Of a DNA stretch of 64,000 nt, positions 37,267 through 47,465 are shown piece by piece. The notes beneath the pieces were generated by a model, which was given only the letters and a program-made list of their open reading frames with translations, did not search any database and was not told the DNA's origin. The stretch comes from an uncultured bacterium (GTDB lineage: Bacteria > Actinomycetota > Nitriliruptoria > Nitriliruptorales > Nitriliruptoraceae): assembly GCA_963796225.1 (NCBI GenBank), contig CAWCLK010000057.1:11173-75172 (forward strand), written 5' to 3'. The translations under genes were made by a program, and so were the position numbers. Positions within the stretch are counted from its first letter, which is position 1. Every line of letters begins with the position of its first letter.

Positions 37267-38400
37267 GTGCAGCACAGCTTCGTCGACGATCCAGCCGACC
37301 TCGCGTCGGCGCTCGCCCGTGTCGACGCCCCCCTGGTCGGGGTCGACGTCGAACGCGCCGACGCCCCGCGCTACTTCCGTACCGCCGCGCTCATCCAGGT
37401 CGGCACCGCCGACCACGTGGTGCTGGTCGACGCCGTGGCGCTCGACCCGGTCCCGCTGCTCGGCGACTTCCTGAACGAGCGCACCGCGATCCTGCACGCC
37501 CTGCCCAACGACCTCGAGCCGCTGCGTGCCGTCGGCGTCGAGGTCGGCAGGGTCCACGACACCGCCGTGGCTGCGAGCCTGCTCGGCCTCCCGGTCGGGT
37601 TGGACCCGCTGCTGCAGGAGCTGCTCGACGTCGCCCTGTCGCCGGACAAGGAACGCTTCCAGCGCGCCGACTGGGAACGCCGCCCCCTGCCCGACGACAT
37701 GGCCGCCTACGCCGCCGGCGACGTGATCCACCTCGCCGAGCTGTGGGACGAGCTCGACGGGCGGCTGGTCGAGGCGGGGCGCCGCGCGTGGTACGACCAG
37801 GAGCTCGAGGCCGCCATCGCCGCCGCGTACGACACGGGGCGGGACTGGACCCGGACCAAGGGCGCCGGTCGCCTGTCCCCGGCGCAGCGCGCGGTCCTGC
37901 ACGCCGTGTGGGACGAACGCGAAGCGATCTGCCGCGAGTTCGACCTCGCCCCCAACCGGCTGCTGCGCGACCCCGTCCTGCTCGACCTCGCCCAGAACCC
38001 CGCGCCCGACGCCCCGTCCCTCGTCCGCCGCAACCAGCGCCGCGGCCGACCCTCCCGGGCGCACGCCGAGCGGCTCTTCGCAGCCCAGCAGGCAGGACGG
38101 GACGCCCCTCCCGAACCGCGCCCCGGCGCCAACGGCGGACCCTGGGCCCCCAGCCACCGGGACGCCTACGACGCGATGCGCAGGGCCCGGGCCGCACGGG
38201 CCGACGAGCTCGGGCTCGACGCCGGGGTGCTGTGCCCCAGCAAGGCGCTGTGGGGGCCGGTGCGGGGCGAACCGACGACCCCGCAGGAGCTGTGCGACCT
38301 CGCGGGCCTGCGGCCGTGGCAGTGCGAGCTGCTGGCCGAGGACCTGTGGGAGGCCTACACGGCCGCGTTGGAGGCCGAGGAGGCCGACGAGCCGGCGTGA
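37267..38400 (+). CDS. rnd: ribonuclease D (3'-5' exonuclease plus HRDC)
   Basis: [17 protein letters not shown] and YAAGDVIHL exonuclease motifs are present, with a C-terminal HRDC-like region. Confidence 0.8.
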   Translation: MQHSFVDDPADLASALARVDAPLVGVDVERADAPRYFRTAALIQVGTADHVVLVDAVALDPVPLLGDFLNERTAILHALPNDLEPLRAVGVEVGRVHDTAVAASLLGLPVGLDPLLQELLDVALSPDKERFQRADWERRPLPDDMAAYAAGDVIHLAELWDELDGRLVEAGRRAWYDQELEAAIAAAYDTGRDWTRTKGAGRLSPAQRAVLHAVWDEREAICREFDLAPNRLLRDPVLLDLAQNPAPDAPSLVRRNQRRGRPSRAHAERLFAAQQAGRDAPPEPRPGANGGPWAPSHRDAYDAMRRARAARADELGLDAGVLCPSKALWGPVRGEPTTPQELCDLAGLRPWQCELLAEDLWEAYTAALEAEEADEPA

Positions 38401-38404
38401 CCGG

Positions 38405-39359
38405 TCAGGTCTCCTGCAGCTTGCGCGCGAGCACGCTGGGCATCGCGAACTCGACGTCCTCGTCGACCACGGTGACGGTGTCCACCGTCTGCGTGCCGCG
38501 CTCGCGGAACCACTCGATGACCTGGCCCACCAGCACCTCGGGGGCGCTGGCGCCCGAGGTCACGCCCGACCGTCCCGACGCCCTCGAGCCACGCCTCGTC
38601 GATCTCGGAGGCGTCGTCGACGAGGTGGGCCGGCGTGTCACGGTCGAGTGACACCTCGACCAGGCGCTTGGAGTTGGAGGAGGTCTGCGACCCGACCACG
38701 AGGATGAGGTCGCACTGCTCGGCGAGCGTCTTGACCGCGTCCTGGCGGTTGGTGGTCGCGTAGCAGATGTCGTCCTTCTTGGGCTGGTGCAGGAGCGGGA
38801 ACCGCTCGCGCAGCCGCCCCACGACGTCGCGGGTCTCGTCCATCGACAGCGTGGTCTGGGTGATGTAGGCGACGTTGGCGTCGTCGTCGTACTGCAGCTG
38901 GTCGACGTCGTCGGCGGTCTCGACCAGGGCCATGGAGCGGGGCGCCTGGCCCATCGTGCCGATGACCTCCTGGTGGCCCTCGTGCCCGATGAGCACGATG
39001 TCCATGCCACCCTGGGCGTACCGGCGGGCCTCGTTGTGGACCTTGGTGACCAGCGGGCAGGTGGCGTCGATCAGCGTGTGGCCCAGCCGCTTCGAGTTGG
39101 CGAAGGCCTCGGGCGGCGACCCGTGGGCGGAGAACACCATGACCGCGCCCTCGGGGGCCTCGGTCTCGTCCTCGACGAACACCGCGCCCTTGTCGCGCAG
39201 GGACTGCACGACATGGGTGTTGTGCACGATCTCGTGGCGGACGTACACCGGTGCGCCGTAGGCCTCGAGGGCCTTCTCGACGATCAGGACGGCGCGGTCG
39301 ACACCGGCGCAGAACCCGCGCGGGGCGGCCAGCAGGAGCGTGTGCGGGGCTTGAGTCAT
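38405..39359 (-). pseudogene. ispH: 4-hydroxy-3-methylbut-2-enyl diphosphate reductase, frame broken at 38565-38567
   Basis: ATG 39359. [23 protein letters not shown] and the HNSSN-type SSNSKRL motif are present. After ..[11 protein letters not shown] the true continuation [19 protein letters not shown]...KLQET lies in ORF 38405..39010. GTCGGGCGTGACC has one G too many. Confidence 0.85.
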
Positions 39360-39471
39360 CACGGCCGGGAGCGTATCGGCCGTCCCCGGGGGCAGGATCG
39401 TGGCCGCAGGGCGGTGGTGGGGCGGGCGTGGGACTACCTTCGACCCTCGACCTGACCACGAAGGGTGCTCG

Positions 39472-40140
39472 GTGCACATCATCGTCGGCGGCTGTGGCCG
39501 GCTCGGGGCCGAGATCGCCGAACAGCTCTCGGACGACCCCGACGCCGACATCGTCGTGATCGACACCGACGCCCTGGCGTTCGACCGCCTGGGGTCGGCG
39601 TTCAACGGCGAGACGGTCGTGGGCGACGTCACCGACCGTGACGTGCTCGAGCGCGCAGGCGCCGACCGCGCCGACGGGCTGCTGGCGGTCACCCGGTTCG
39701 ACAACGCGAACCTGATGGCGGTCGAGATCGCCACGCACCTGTACGGCGTGCCCCGGACGGTGGCACGCCTGTTCAACCCGGAACGCGAGAGCGTCTACCG
39801 CAAGCTCGGCATCCGCTACGTGTCCGGCACGGGCATCCTCGCCAAGATGTTCCTCAACGAGTTCCGCGAGGGCACCTTCCCGCACCACGTCCACTTCGCC
39901 CACGGCGAGGTCGAGATCGTCGACCTGCACGTGGGCACGTCCGGCCACGGCCTGACCGTCGACGACTTCGAGCTCGACGGCAAGCTGCGCATCGCGGCGG
40001 TCCAGCGCGGGCAGCGGACCTTCATTCCCCAGCCGGAGGACCGACTGGAACGGGGCGACGTCGTGGCGGCGTCGATGCGACGCGGGGCCTTCCGCAAGGT
40101 CGCGCCCCTGTTGCAGGCCCCGGCACGGTCGGAGTCCTAG
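39472..40140 (+). CDS. trkA: Trk system NAD-binding subunit (TrkA-N plus TrkA-C)
   Basis: GTG 39472 follows [18 protein letters not shown] is the Rossmann motif. Confidence 0.85.
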   Translation: MHIIVGGCGRLGAEIAEQLSDDPDADIVVIDTDALAFDRLGSAFNGETVVGDVTDRDVLERAGADRADGLLAVTRFDNANLMAVEIATHLYGVPRTVARLFNPERESVYRKLGIRYVSGTGILAKMFLNEFREGTFPHHVHFAHGEVEIVDLHVGTSGHGLTVDDFELDGKLRIAAVQRGQRTFIPQPEDRLERGDVVAASMRRGAFRKVAPLLQAPARSES

Positions 40141-40797
40141 ATGTACGTGGTCATCGTCGGCGGCGGTCGCATCGGTCGCTACATCGCCAAGGACATGTCG
40201 GGCAAGGGGCACGACGTGACCGTCATCGAGCGTCGTGCCGAACGCTGCGAGCAGCTGGTGGCCGAGACCGACGTGCTCGTCATCGAGGGCGACGCCGGTG
40301 ACGTCCGCTACCTCGAACAGGCCCACGTCGACCGCGCCGACGTGTTCGTGGCGACCACCCACGAGGACGACGACAACCTCGTGTCGTGCCAGCTGGCCAA
40401 GATCGAGTTCGGCGTGAAGCGCGCCATCTCCCGGGTCAACACGCCGAAGAACGTCGAGATCTTCGAGACCCTCGGGATCGAGGCCGTGTCCTCCACCCGG
40501 CTGATCTCCGAGCTGCTCGAGAACGAGTTCACCGTCGGCGAGCTCGTGCGCCTCAACTCGCTGCGGGGCGGCAAGGTCAGCCTCGTCGAGGTCCGGATCC
40601 CCGACGACGGCCGGGCGCCCCGCGCCATCCAGGACCTCGGCCTGCCCTTCAACGCGGTGCTCGTCGCGATCTTCCGCGCCGACGAGACCATCATCCCGCG
40701 CGGCTCCGCCGAGATCCACGCCGGCGACGACGTGGTCGCGCTGATCACGCCCGAGGTCGAGGACGAGCTGCGTGCCGCCCTGGTGGGGTCGGCGTGA
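40141..40797 (+). CDS. trkA: Trk system NAD-binding subunit, second copy
   Basis: The ATG immediately follows the upstream TAG. MYVVIVGGGRIG. Confidence 0.85.
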   Translation: MYVVIVGGGRIGRYIAKDMSGKGHDVTVIERRAERCEQLVAETDVLVIEGDAGDVRYLEQAHVDRADVFVATTHEDDDNLVSCQLAKIEFGVKRAISRVNTPKNVEIFETLGIEAVSSTRLISELLENEFTVGELVRLNSLRGGKVSLVEVRIPDDGRAPRAIQDLGLPFNAVLVAIFRADETIIPRGSAEIHAGDDVVALITPEVEDELRAALVGSA

Positions 40798-40958
40798 GCG
40801 ACGCCCCCGGCCCGCCGCCCCGCACGCGCCTGACCACGCGCCGCGACGCCCCGCTGTGGCGGCAGGCGGCCGAGGGCATCGGGCTGGTCGTCATGCTCAG
40901 CGTCGCGGTCCTGGCCCTGGCGCTGGTGCTGGCCGTCGTCGTCTCGCTGCTGTTCTGA
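40794..40958 (+). CDS. 54-aa single-pass membrane protein
   Basis: GTG 40794 overlaps the trkA stop (GTGA). It has a C-terminal TM segment, GIGLVVMLSVAVLALALVLAVVVSLLF. Confidence 0.45.
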   Translation: MSDAPGPPPRTRLTTRRDAPLWRQAAEGIGLVVMLSVAVLALALVLAVVVSLLF

Positions 40959-40993
40959 TGGGTCCCGTGCCCGTCGCCGTCCGGACCTAGCCC

Positions 40994-42505
40994 ATGCTGC
41001 TGCGACCCACTCGCGAGGACGTCCGCGTCATCGTGCACACCACGGGCCTGGCCCTGCTGTGGCTCGGGCTGGCCACGAGCGCGCTCGGCCTCGCCACGCT
41101 CGTCGCCGGTGACGTCGACAGCGCCACGGCGCTGGTCGTCGGCGGGGCGACCGGTGTCCTGCTCGGCGGTGGCCTGCGCGTCGCCGCGTGGACGACCCGG
41201 CCCCTGACGTGGACCCGGGCCGTGGTCGCCGCGACGTGCTCGTGGATCCTCGGCAGCGGCGTGGCCGCCATCCCCCTGTACCTGTCGCGGCACTACGGCA
41301 GCTACCTCGACGCCGTGTTCGAGGCGATGTCCGGGCTGACGACCACGGGCCTGACCATGGTCCAGGACCTCGACCACCTGCCCGGGGGGCTGGCGCTGTA
41401 CCGGCACCTGCTCGAGCTGCTCGGCGGCCTGACGTTCGTGGTGGTGGGGCTGACCGTGCTCACCGCGGCCACGGCCACGGCCAGCAGCCTGAGTCCCTCC
41501 GACGTCCGGGACGAACGCATCCTGCCCAACCCCTCCCGCACCATGCGCCAGGTCTGGGCGGTGGCGTGGGCGATCCTGGCCTTCGGCCTGGTCACGACCA
41601 CCGTCGCCGTGCTGGTGGCCGGCGTGCGCGGCTGGCCGGTGCTGGAGCACGCCATCGCGCTGACCGTCGCCAGCGCCACCACCGGCGGGTTCAGCCACCA
41701 CACCTCGTCGCTGGCCTACTACCACTCCGCCGCCGTCGAGCTGGCGGTCGTGCCGATGATGTTGGCCGGCGCCACGTCGTTCACCCTCCACCGCGCGGCA
41801 CGCCAGGGCCGCAGGTGGGCGCTCACACGCGAGTTCGAGCTGCGCATCCTGCTCGCGTCGCTGCTGGTGGTCACGACCATCGTGCTCATCGGCCTCGGGC
41901 GCTCGGGCGCGCAGACCACGATCGTGCCGCTGCTACGACGTGGCGTGTTCACCGCCATCGCCGCGCACACCACGACAGGGCTCACCACGGTCACCCCGCG
42001 CCTGATCGCGACCGACTGGGGCCAGCTCGCCCCGGCCGCGCTGGTGGCCGGCATGACCGTGGGCGGCATGACGGGGTCGGCGGCCGGCGGACTGAAGACC
42101 CTGCGGGTCGGGGTGGTCCTGAAGGGCCTGGTCGCCGACGTGCGGCGGGTCCTGCTGCCCGAGTCGGCGCTCGTCGTCCCCACGTTCCGGTGGGGTCGCG
42201 AGCGCCACCTCGAACACGCCCACATCCGGTCGGCCGCCACCCTGCTGCTGATCACGCTGGCCGCGGTGCTGTCGGGCGCCACCCTGATGCTGTACATGAA
42301 CGGCTCGGTCGACCTGACCGAGGCCCTGTTCGCCGCGACCTCCGCGGTGACCAACGCCGGCCAGTCCCTGGGGACGTTCGGCCCCGATGCCTCCGGGGGC
42401 GTGAAGCTGGGACTGGTCAGCCTGATGCTGCTCGGCCGCCTCGAGTGGTTGGCCGTGTTCGCCACCGTCGGATTCGCCTATGCCGGACTGCGAGGACGCG
42501 CATGA
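40994..42505 (+). CDS. trkH: TrkH-family potassium transporter
   Basis: 503-aa polytopic protein with repeated selectivity-filter-like motifs (MSGLTTTGL, ATTGGF, HTTTGLT, VTNAGQS). Confidence 0.85.
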   Translation: MLLRPTREDVRVIVHTTGLALLWLGLATSALGLATLVAGDVDSATALVVGGATGVLLGGGLRVAAWTTRPLTWTRAVVAATCSWILGSGVAAIPLYLSRHYGSYLDAVFEAMSGLTTTGLTMVQDLDHLPGGLALYRHLLELLGGLTFVVVGLTVLTAATATASSLSPSDVRDERILPNPSRTMRQVWAVAWAILAFGLVTTTVAVLVAGVRGWPVLEHAIALTVASATTGGFSHHTSSLAYYHSAAVELAVVPMMLAGATSFTLHRAARQGRRWALTREFELRILLASLLVVTTIVLIGLGRSGAQTTIVPLLRRGVFTAIAAHTTTGLTTVTPRLIATDWGQLAPAALVAGMTVGGMTGSAAGGLKTLRVGVVLKGLVADVRRVLLPESALVVPTFRWGRERHLEHAHIRSAATLLLITLAAVLSGATLMLYMNGSVDLTEALFAATSAVTNAGQSLGTFGPDASGGVKLGLVSLMLLGRLEWLAVFATVGFAYAGLRGRA

Positions 42506-43212
42506 GTCGAGGACCCGTCCACCCCCGCGCCTATGCCCAGATCGCGCTGTTCGTCGCGGCGATCGTGGTGGTCGGCGCGGTGGTGAAGGTGGTCCGCGAG
42601 ACCGCCCCGCAGGTCACCCTCCCACCGCTGGCCGAGGCCGCCCCGGACCTCGACGACCCCGAGCTGGTCACCTGCGAACGCACGCTGCCCAACGCCCCCG
42701 AGACCCTCGAGCAGATCGCCGAGGTCGACCCGGTCGGTGTCGTGTCCTCCTCCGAGGTCATCGAGTGCCCCGACGCCTTCGACCGCCAGGTCGTGACCTA
42801 CATCGGGGAGGTCGTCGGGGACGTCCTGCACCGCAGCGAGGGCGCCTGGGTGCTGGTCAACGACGACGACTACGCCCTCGACGTCGGCCCCCTGCAGGGC
42901 CACTCCCAGTTCCGGGGCGGCAACAGCGGGCTCAGCGTCTGGCTGCCCGCCCCCCTGCCCGAGCTGGACCCCGGCGGTCCGGAGCGACGCGGCACGGTCA
43001 TCGCCATCGACGGGGTCATCCAGCGGACCGACCCGGACGACGGCGGCGGGCTGACCCTGTCCGCCCTCGGACCCGACACCGTGCGGGTGGTCGCCGAGTC
43101 GCAGATGATCGACCGGCCCCTCAACCGCGGTCAGGCGATCGCCGCCCTCGTCCTGGTGCTGCTGGCGGCCGGCATGGTGACCGTCGAACGGCGGACGGCG
43201 CGTCGCCGATGA
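42502..43212 (+). CDS. hypothetical protein with N- and C-terminal TM anchors
   Basis: ATG 42502 overlaps the trkH stop (ATGA). A TM segment lies at each end and about 170 aa of soluble domain lies between them. Confidence 0.55.
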   Translation: MSRGPVHPRAYAQIALFVAAIVVVGAVVKVVRETAPQVTLPPLAEAAPDLDDPELVTCERTLPNAPETLEQIAEVDPVGVVSSSEVIECPDAFDRQVVTYIGEVVGDVLHRSEGAWVLVNDDDYALDVGPLQGHSQFRGGNSGLSVWLPAPLPELDPGGPERRGTVIAIDGVIQRTDPDDGGGLTLSALGPDTVRVVAESQMIDRPLNRGQAIAALVLVLLAAGMVTVERRTARRR

Positions 43213-43252
43213 CGACCGTCCCGCCCCGCACCACGCCACCAGGACGTCCGCC

Positions 43253-44758
43253 GTGCTGATCCGCCCCAGCCGCGAGGACGTCCGGATCATCGGCTACTAC
43301 CTGGGCAAGGTGGTGGTCGGGCTCGGGGCGCTGCAGGCGATCCCGCTGGTCGTCGCCATCGTGATGGGCGAGTGGAACGACGTCACGGCGCTGACCGTCG
43401 GGGTCGCGGTGGCCGTGGGGCTGGGCAGCGCGGCCGAGTGGCGCCTGCGGACCTCGCGCGACCTGACGATGGCGAGCGGGCTGGTGACCGTCGCCCTGGC
43501 CTGGCTGGCAGGCACGGCCATCCTGTCGGTCCCGCTGTACCTGTCGGGCCACTTCGCCAGCTTCACCGACGCCTACTACGACGCGATGTCGGGGCTGACC
43601 ACGTCGGGGCTGGCGCTGATCCAGGACCTGGACCACGTCACCGTCCCCATCAACCTGCTGCGCCACCTGACCCACTTCGCCGGCGGGCAGGGCATCGTCG
43701 TGGTCGTGCTCACCATGCTGGCCAGCGGCGGGTCCCGCATCGGGACGCTGTACCTCGGCGAGGGGCGTGACGACCGCATCGTGCCCAACGTCGTGCGGAC
43801 CGCCCGGTTCATCTACCTCATCGCCACCGCCTACCTGATCGTCGGGACCTTCGGCCTGTGGGTCACCGGGATGATCGCGGGGCTGTCCCCCGGCCGGGCC
43901 CTGTTCCACGGCGTCAACCTGTTCATGGCGGCCTTCGACACCGGCGGGTTCGCCCCGACCTCGGCCTCGATGGGCTACTACCACTCCGCCTCGATGGAGG
44001 CGGTGATCGTGGTGATGATGCTCGCCGGCACGCTGTCCTTCGGCCTGCACTTCCAGCTGTGGCGGGGCCGCCGCCGCGCACTGGTGGAGGGCCTCGAGAC
44101 CCACACGCTGGCCACCACCCTGCTGCTCACCAGCGCCGGGTGCCTGATCGGCCTCGCCCGCGCCGGGACCTTCGACTCGCCCGTCGCGCTCGTGCGCAAG
44201 GGGATCTTCACCACGATCTCGGCCCACACCGGGACCGGGTTCGCCGTGAACTCGGCCGGGCTCTTCCTCACCGACTGGGGCGCGATCGCCCCCGCCGCCA
44301 TCGTGCTGGCCATGGCGCTGGGCGGCATGGCGTCCTCCACGGCCGGCGGGTTCAAGGCCATCCGCGTCGGCCTGATCTCCAAGGGGGTCGCCCGCGACGT
44401 CCGGCGCGCGGTCATGCCCGACGCTGCCGTGACCGTCGCCGCGCACCGCGGGCTGACACGACGGGTCATCACCGACGCCGAGGTCCGCGCCGCCATCAGC
44501 ATCGTGGTGCTCTACATGATGACGGCGGTCGCCGGGGCGCTGCTCGGCGTCTACTTCGGCTACGCCTTCGACGCCTCGCTGTTCGAGTCCACCTCCGCGC
44601 TGGCCAACGTGGGCCTGACCGTCGGGGTCACCTCGCCCTCGATGCCCCTGCTCATGAAGCTGTTCGCCATCGGGCAGATGTGGCTCGGTCGCCTGGAGTT
44701 CATGGCGGGCTTCGCGCTGGTCGGGTGGCTGTGGGCCGCCTGGCGCGGCCGGGGCTGA
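43253..44758 (+). CDS. trkH: TrkH-family potassium transporter, second copy
   Basis: 501 aa, collinear with the first copy (MLIRPSREDVRIIGYYL versus MLLRPTREDVRVIVHTT). Confidence 0.85.
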   Translation: MLIRPSREDVRIIGYYLGKVVVGLGALQAIPLVVAIVMGEWNDVTALTVGVAVAVGLGSAAEWRLRTSRDLTMASGLVTVALAWLAGTAILSVPLYLSGHFASFTDAYYDAMSGLTTSGLALIQDLDHVTVPINLLRHLTHFAGGQGIVVVVLTMLASGGSRIGTLYLGEGRDDRIVPNVVRTARFIYLIATAYLIVGTFGLWVTGMIAGLSPGRALFHGVNLFMAAFDTGGFAPTSASMGYYHSASMEAVIVVMMLAGTLSFGLHFQLWRGRRRALVEGLETHTLATTLLLTSAGCLIGLARAGTFDSPVALVRKGIFTTISAHTGTGFAVNSAGLFLTDWGAIAPAAIVLAMALGGMASSTAGGFKAIRVGLISKGVARDVRRAVMPDAAVTVAAHRGLTRRVITDAEVRAAISIVVLYMMTAVAGALLGVYFGYAFDASLFESTSALANVGLTVGVTSPSMPLLMKLFAIGQMWLGRLEFMAGFALVGWLWAAWRGRG

Positions 44759-44768
44759 CGCCCCGCGA

Positions 44769-45479
44769 TCACCGCTTGTCCGTGCGCCCCGCCTCCTGCG
44801 AGCTGGGGCACAGCGGTTCGACCACGCAGTCCTCGCAGCGGGGTCGGCGCGCGTCGCAGACGCGGCGACCGTGGAAGATCAGCAGGTCGGCGACGTCGAG
44901 CCAGCGGTCCTGGGGGAACAGCCGCATCAGGTCACGCTCGATCTTGGTGACGTCCTCGTGACGGGTGAACCGCAGCCGCCGCGACAGGCGTCTGACGTGG
45001 GTGTCCACCACGACGCCGGTGTTGGTCCCGAAGCCGTTGGACAGGACCACGTTGGCGGTCTTGCGGGCCACACCGGGAAGCTCGACCAGCTCCTCCATGG
45101 TCCCCGGGACCTCGCCGCCGTGGCGTTCGAGCAGCAGCACGGCGGTGGCGTGGAGGTTCTTCGCCTTCTGCCGGAACAGGCCCAGGCTGGAGATCAGCTC
45201 CTGGATGCGCTCGACACCGGCCTCGGCGAAGGCTGTCGGCCCGTCCAGCTCGGCGAACAGGCGGGGCGTGACCTCGTTGACCTTCACGTCGGTCGCCTGG
45301 GCGGACAGCACGGTCGCCACGAGCAGCTCCCACGTCGACGAGTAGTGCAGGGCGATGTGGGCGTCCGGGTGCTCCTCGGCCAGCAGGTCGAGGATCACCG
45401 GCGCGCGCAGCGTCTTGCCACGGTCGGCGTCGAGGTCGGGCGGGATGGTCACCATGGCGCGGCAGCGTAGGGCGCCCAC
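44769..45479 (-). CDS. nth: endonuclease III
   Basis: LVATVLSAQATD, the HhH element LPGVARKTANVVL, and the 4Fe-4S loop CDARRPRCEDCVVEPLC are present. An alternative start is ATG 45455. Confidence 0.9.
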   Translation of the reverse strand: MGALRCRAMVTIPPDLDADRGKTLRAPVILDLLAEEHPDAHIALHYSSTWELLVATVLSAQATDVKVNEVTPRLFAELDGPTAFAEAGVERIQELISSLGLFRQKAKNLHATAVLLLERHGGEVPGTMEELVELPGVARKTANVVLSNGFGTNTGVVVDTHVRRLSRRLRFTRHEDVTKIERDLMRLFPQDRWLDVADLLIFHGRRVCDARRPRCEDCVVEPLCPSSQEAGRTDKR

Positions 45480-45488
45480 GTGACCGCT

Positions 45489-46782
45489 CTAGGCGTCGGC
45501 CACGGCCGCCGGCAGGCCCACGCTGAAGGTCGTGCCCTCCCCCAGCAGCGAGTCGACCCGGATGGTGCCGTGGTGGCGCTCCACCGCGTGCCGCACGATC
45601 GACAGGCCGAGCCCGGTGCCGCCGGTCTCGCGCGAGCGAGCCACGTCGACCCGGTAGAAGCGTTCGAAGATGCGCTGGAGGTCCTGCTGCGGGATCCCGA
45701 TCCCGGTGTCGGCGACCTCGAGCGTCCACGCGGCCCCCTGCGTGGAGGTGCTCGGCGAGATCCGTACGTCGACGCGCCCGCCATCCCGGTTGTACTGGAT
45801 GGCGTTGGCGACGAGGTTGCGGACGATGAGGCGCACGTCGTCGACCTCGCCCTCGAGCTCGGCGTGGGGCGGGGCGGCGAGCTCGAGGGTGATGCCGCGC
45901 GCCCCGGCGCGTTCGTCGAGGTCCGCCAGCACCTCGGCGGCGACGGCGACGAGGTCGATCGGGACCGCGTCGAGCACCGGCCGTTCCTCGAGCCGGCGCA
46001 GGTTCAGCAGGTCGTGGACGAGCCGGACCAGGCGTTCGGCCTCCTCGTGCAGGCGGGACACGAGGTCGGGGACCCGGCCCGGGTCCCGGGCCGCCGTGAT
46101 CTCCAGGGCCTCGGAGAGGGTGTGGATCGCCGTGGCGGGGGTCTTGAGCTCGTGGGAGGCGTTGACCACGAAGTTGCGGCGCAGCTCCTCGGTGCGTCGT
46201 TCCTGGGTGCGGTCGGTGACGATGACCAGCGTCTCGCTGCCGATCGTGGCCACCGAGGCGCGCACGTGGCGGTCGCGGATGTCCGCGTCGGCCTCGACGT
46301 GGCCACGGTGCGACCGGGCCCGAGACACCGCGTCGACGAGCGGCGCCGAGCCCAGCGCCTGGACCACCGTCGTCGTGGCGCGGTCGGCCAGCCCGAGCAG
46401 CTCCCGCGCGCCCTGGTTGGCCGCGATCAGGTACCCGTGCGCGTCGAAGACCAGGGCCGCGTCGACCAGCGAGTGGACCAGGTCGTCCCGCCATCGACGT
46501 TCGTGCTCGAGCAGGTCCTGGCGGGTGTCGAGCAGCTCGCCCACACGGCGCAGCGCACGGTCGAGGCCGGCCCAGTCCTCGCTGGCCCCGTCGCGGGCGT
46601 CGGCGGGAAGTGCCCCGAGCAGCCTGCCCGAGCCGGCGACGCTCCCGCTGGGCGACGAGCAGGCCCCCGCCCGCGCCCACGACCGCCCCGACCGCCAGGC
46701 CGGCGACCGGGTCGAGCAGGCCACCGACGATCCCGGCGGCGGCACCCGTCGCGGCCGTCAGGGCCACCGTCGCGCCGTTCAC
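45489..46782 (-). pseudogene. sensor histidine kinase (PhoR/SenX3-like), frame broken at 46613-46616
   Basis: GTG 46782 overlaps the regulator stop (GTGA). The TM region VNGATVALTAATGAAAGIVGGLLDPVAGLAVGAVVGAGGGLLVAQRERRRLG lies in the frame of ORF 44932..47346. The PAS-like region, H-box NASHELKTP and N/G boxes lie in ORF 45489..46745. Confidence 0.8.
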
Positions 46783-47465
46783 CGGTCGGCGAAGCGGTAG
46801 CCCACGCCGCGGACGGTCTGGATGCGTTCCGGCGTGGTGGGGTCCTGCTCGATGCGCGTGCGCAGGCGACGGATGTGCACGTCCAGCGTCTTGGTGTCCC
46901 CCACGTAGTCGCTGCCCCAGATCTCGTCGATGAGCTGGTGGCGGGTCAGGACCCGGCCGGCGTGCTCGACGAGGCACGCCAGCAGCTCGAACTCCTTCGG
47001 GGGCAGGTCGACGAGCTCGCCGTCGACCTGGACCTCGTGGCGGACACGGTCGACCCGCACGCCCGATGCCTCCGCGGGCGCGTCGACGTCCATGACGTCG
47101 AGGATCGGGGCGCGACGCAGCACCGCCCGGAGCCGGGCCACCAGCTCGCGGGTGGAGAACGGCTTGGTGACGTAGTCGTCGGCGCCGAGCTCGAGGCCCA
47201 CGACCCGGTCGATCTCCTGGTCGCGGGCCGTGAGCATGATGATCGGCACGTCGGAGCGCGACCGGATGATCCGACAGATCTCCGTGCCGGACATGCCGGG
47301 CAGCATGAGGTCCAGCAGGATGATGTCGGGGCGGGTCCGTTCCCACGTCGGGACCGCGTCCGACCCGTCCTTCACCCAGGCGACCTGGAAGCCCTCTGCC
47401 TCGAGCGTGATGGTCAGGCCCTCGGCGATGCTGGGCTCGTCCTCGACGAGCAGCAGCTTGGGCAT
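46779..47465 (-). CDS. OmpR-family response regulator (PhoP/RegX3-like)
   Basis: The receiver domain has LLVEDE...DIILLDLMLPG. The winged-helix domain has LPPKEFELL...VRGVGYRF. Confidence 0.9.
   Translation of the reverse strand: MPKLLLVEDEPSIAEGLTITLEAEGFQVAWVKDGSDAVPTWERTRPDIILLDLMLPGMSGTEICRIIRSRSDVPIIMLTARDQEIDRVVGLELGADDYVTKPFSTRELVARLRAVLRRAPILDVMDVDAPAEASGVRVDRVRHEVQVDGELVDLPPKEFELLACLVEHAGRVLTRHQLIDEIWGSDYVGDTKTLDVHIRRLRTRIEQDPTTPERIQTVRGVGYRFADR

Noticed and set aside
38355-39776. A long ORF giving ispH a 139-aa N-terminal extension and an Arg-rich C-terminus.
   Set aside because: The extension is low-complexity and overlaps the trkA promoter side. The conserved protein starts at ATG 39359, and its true C-terminus lies in the neighbouring frame.
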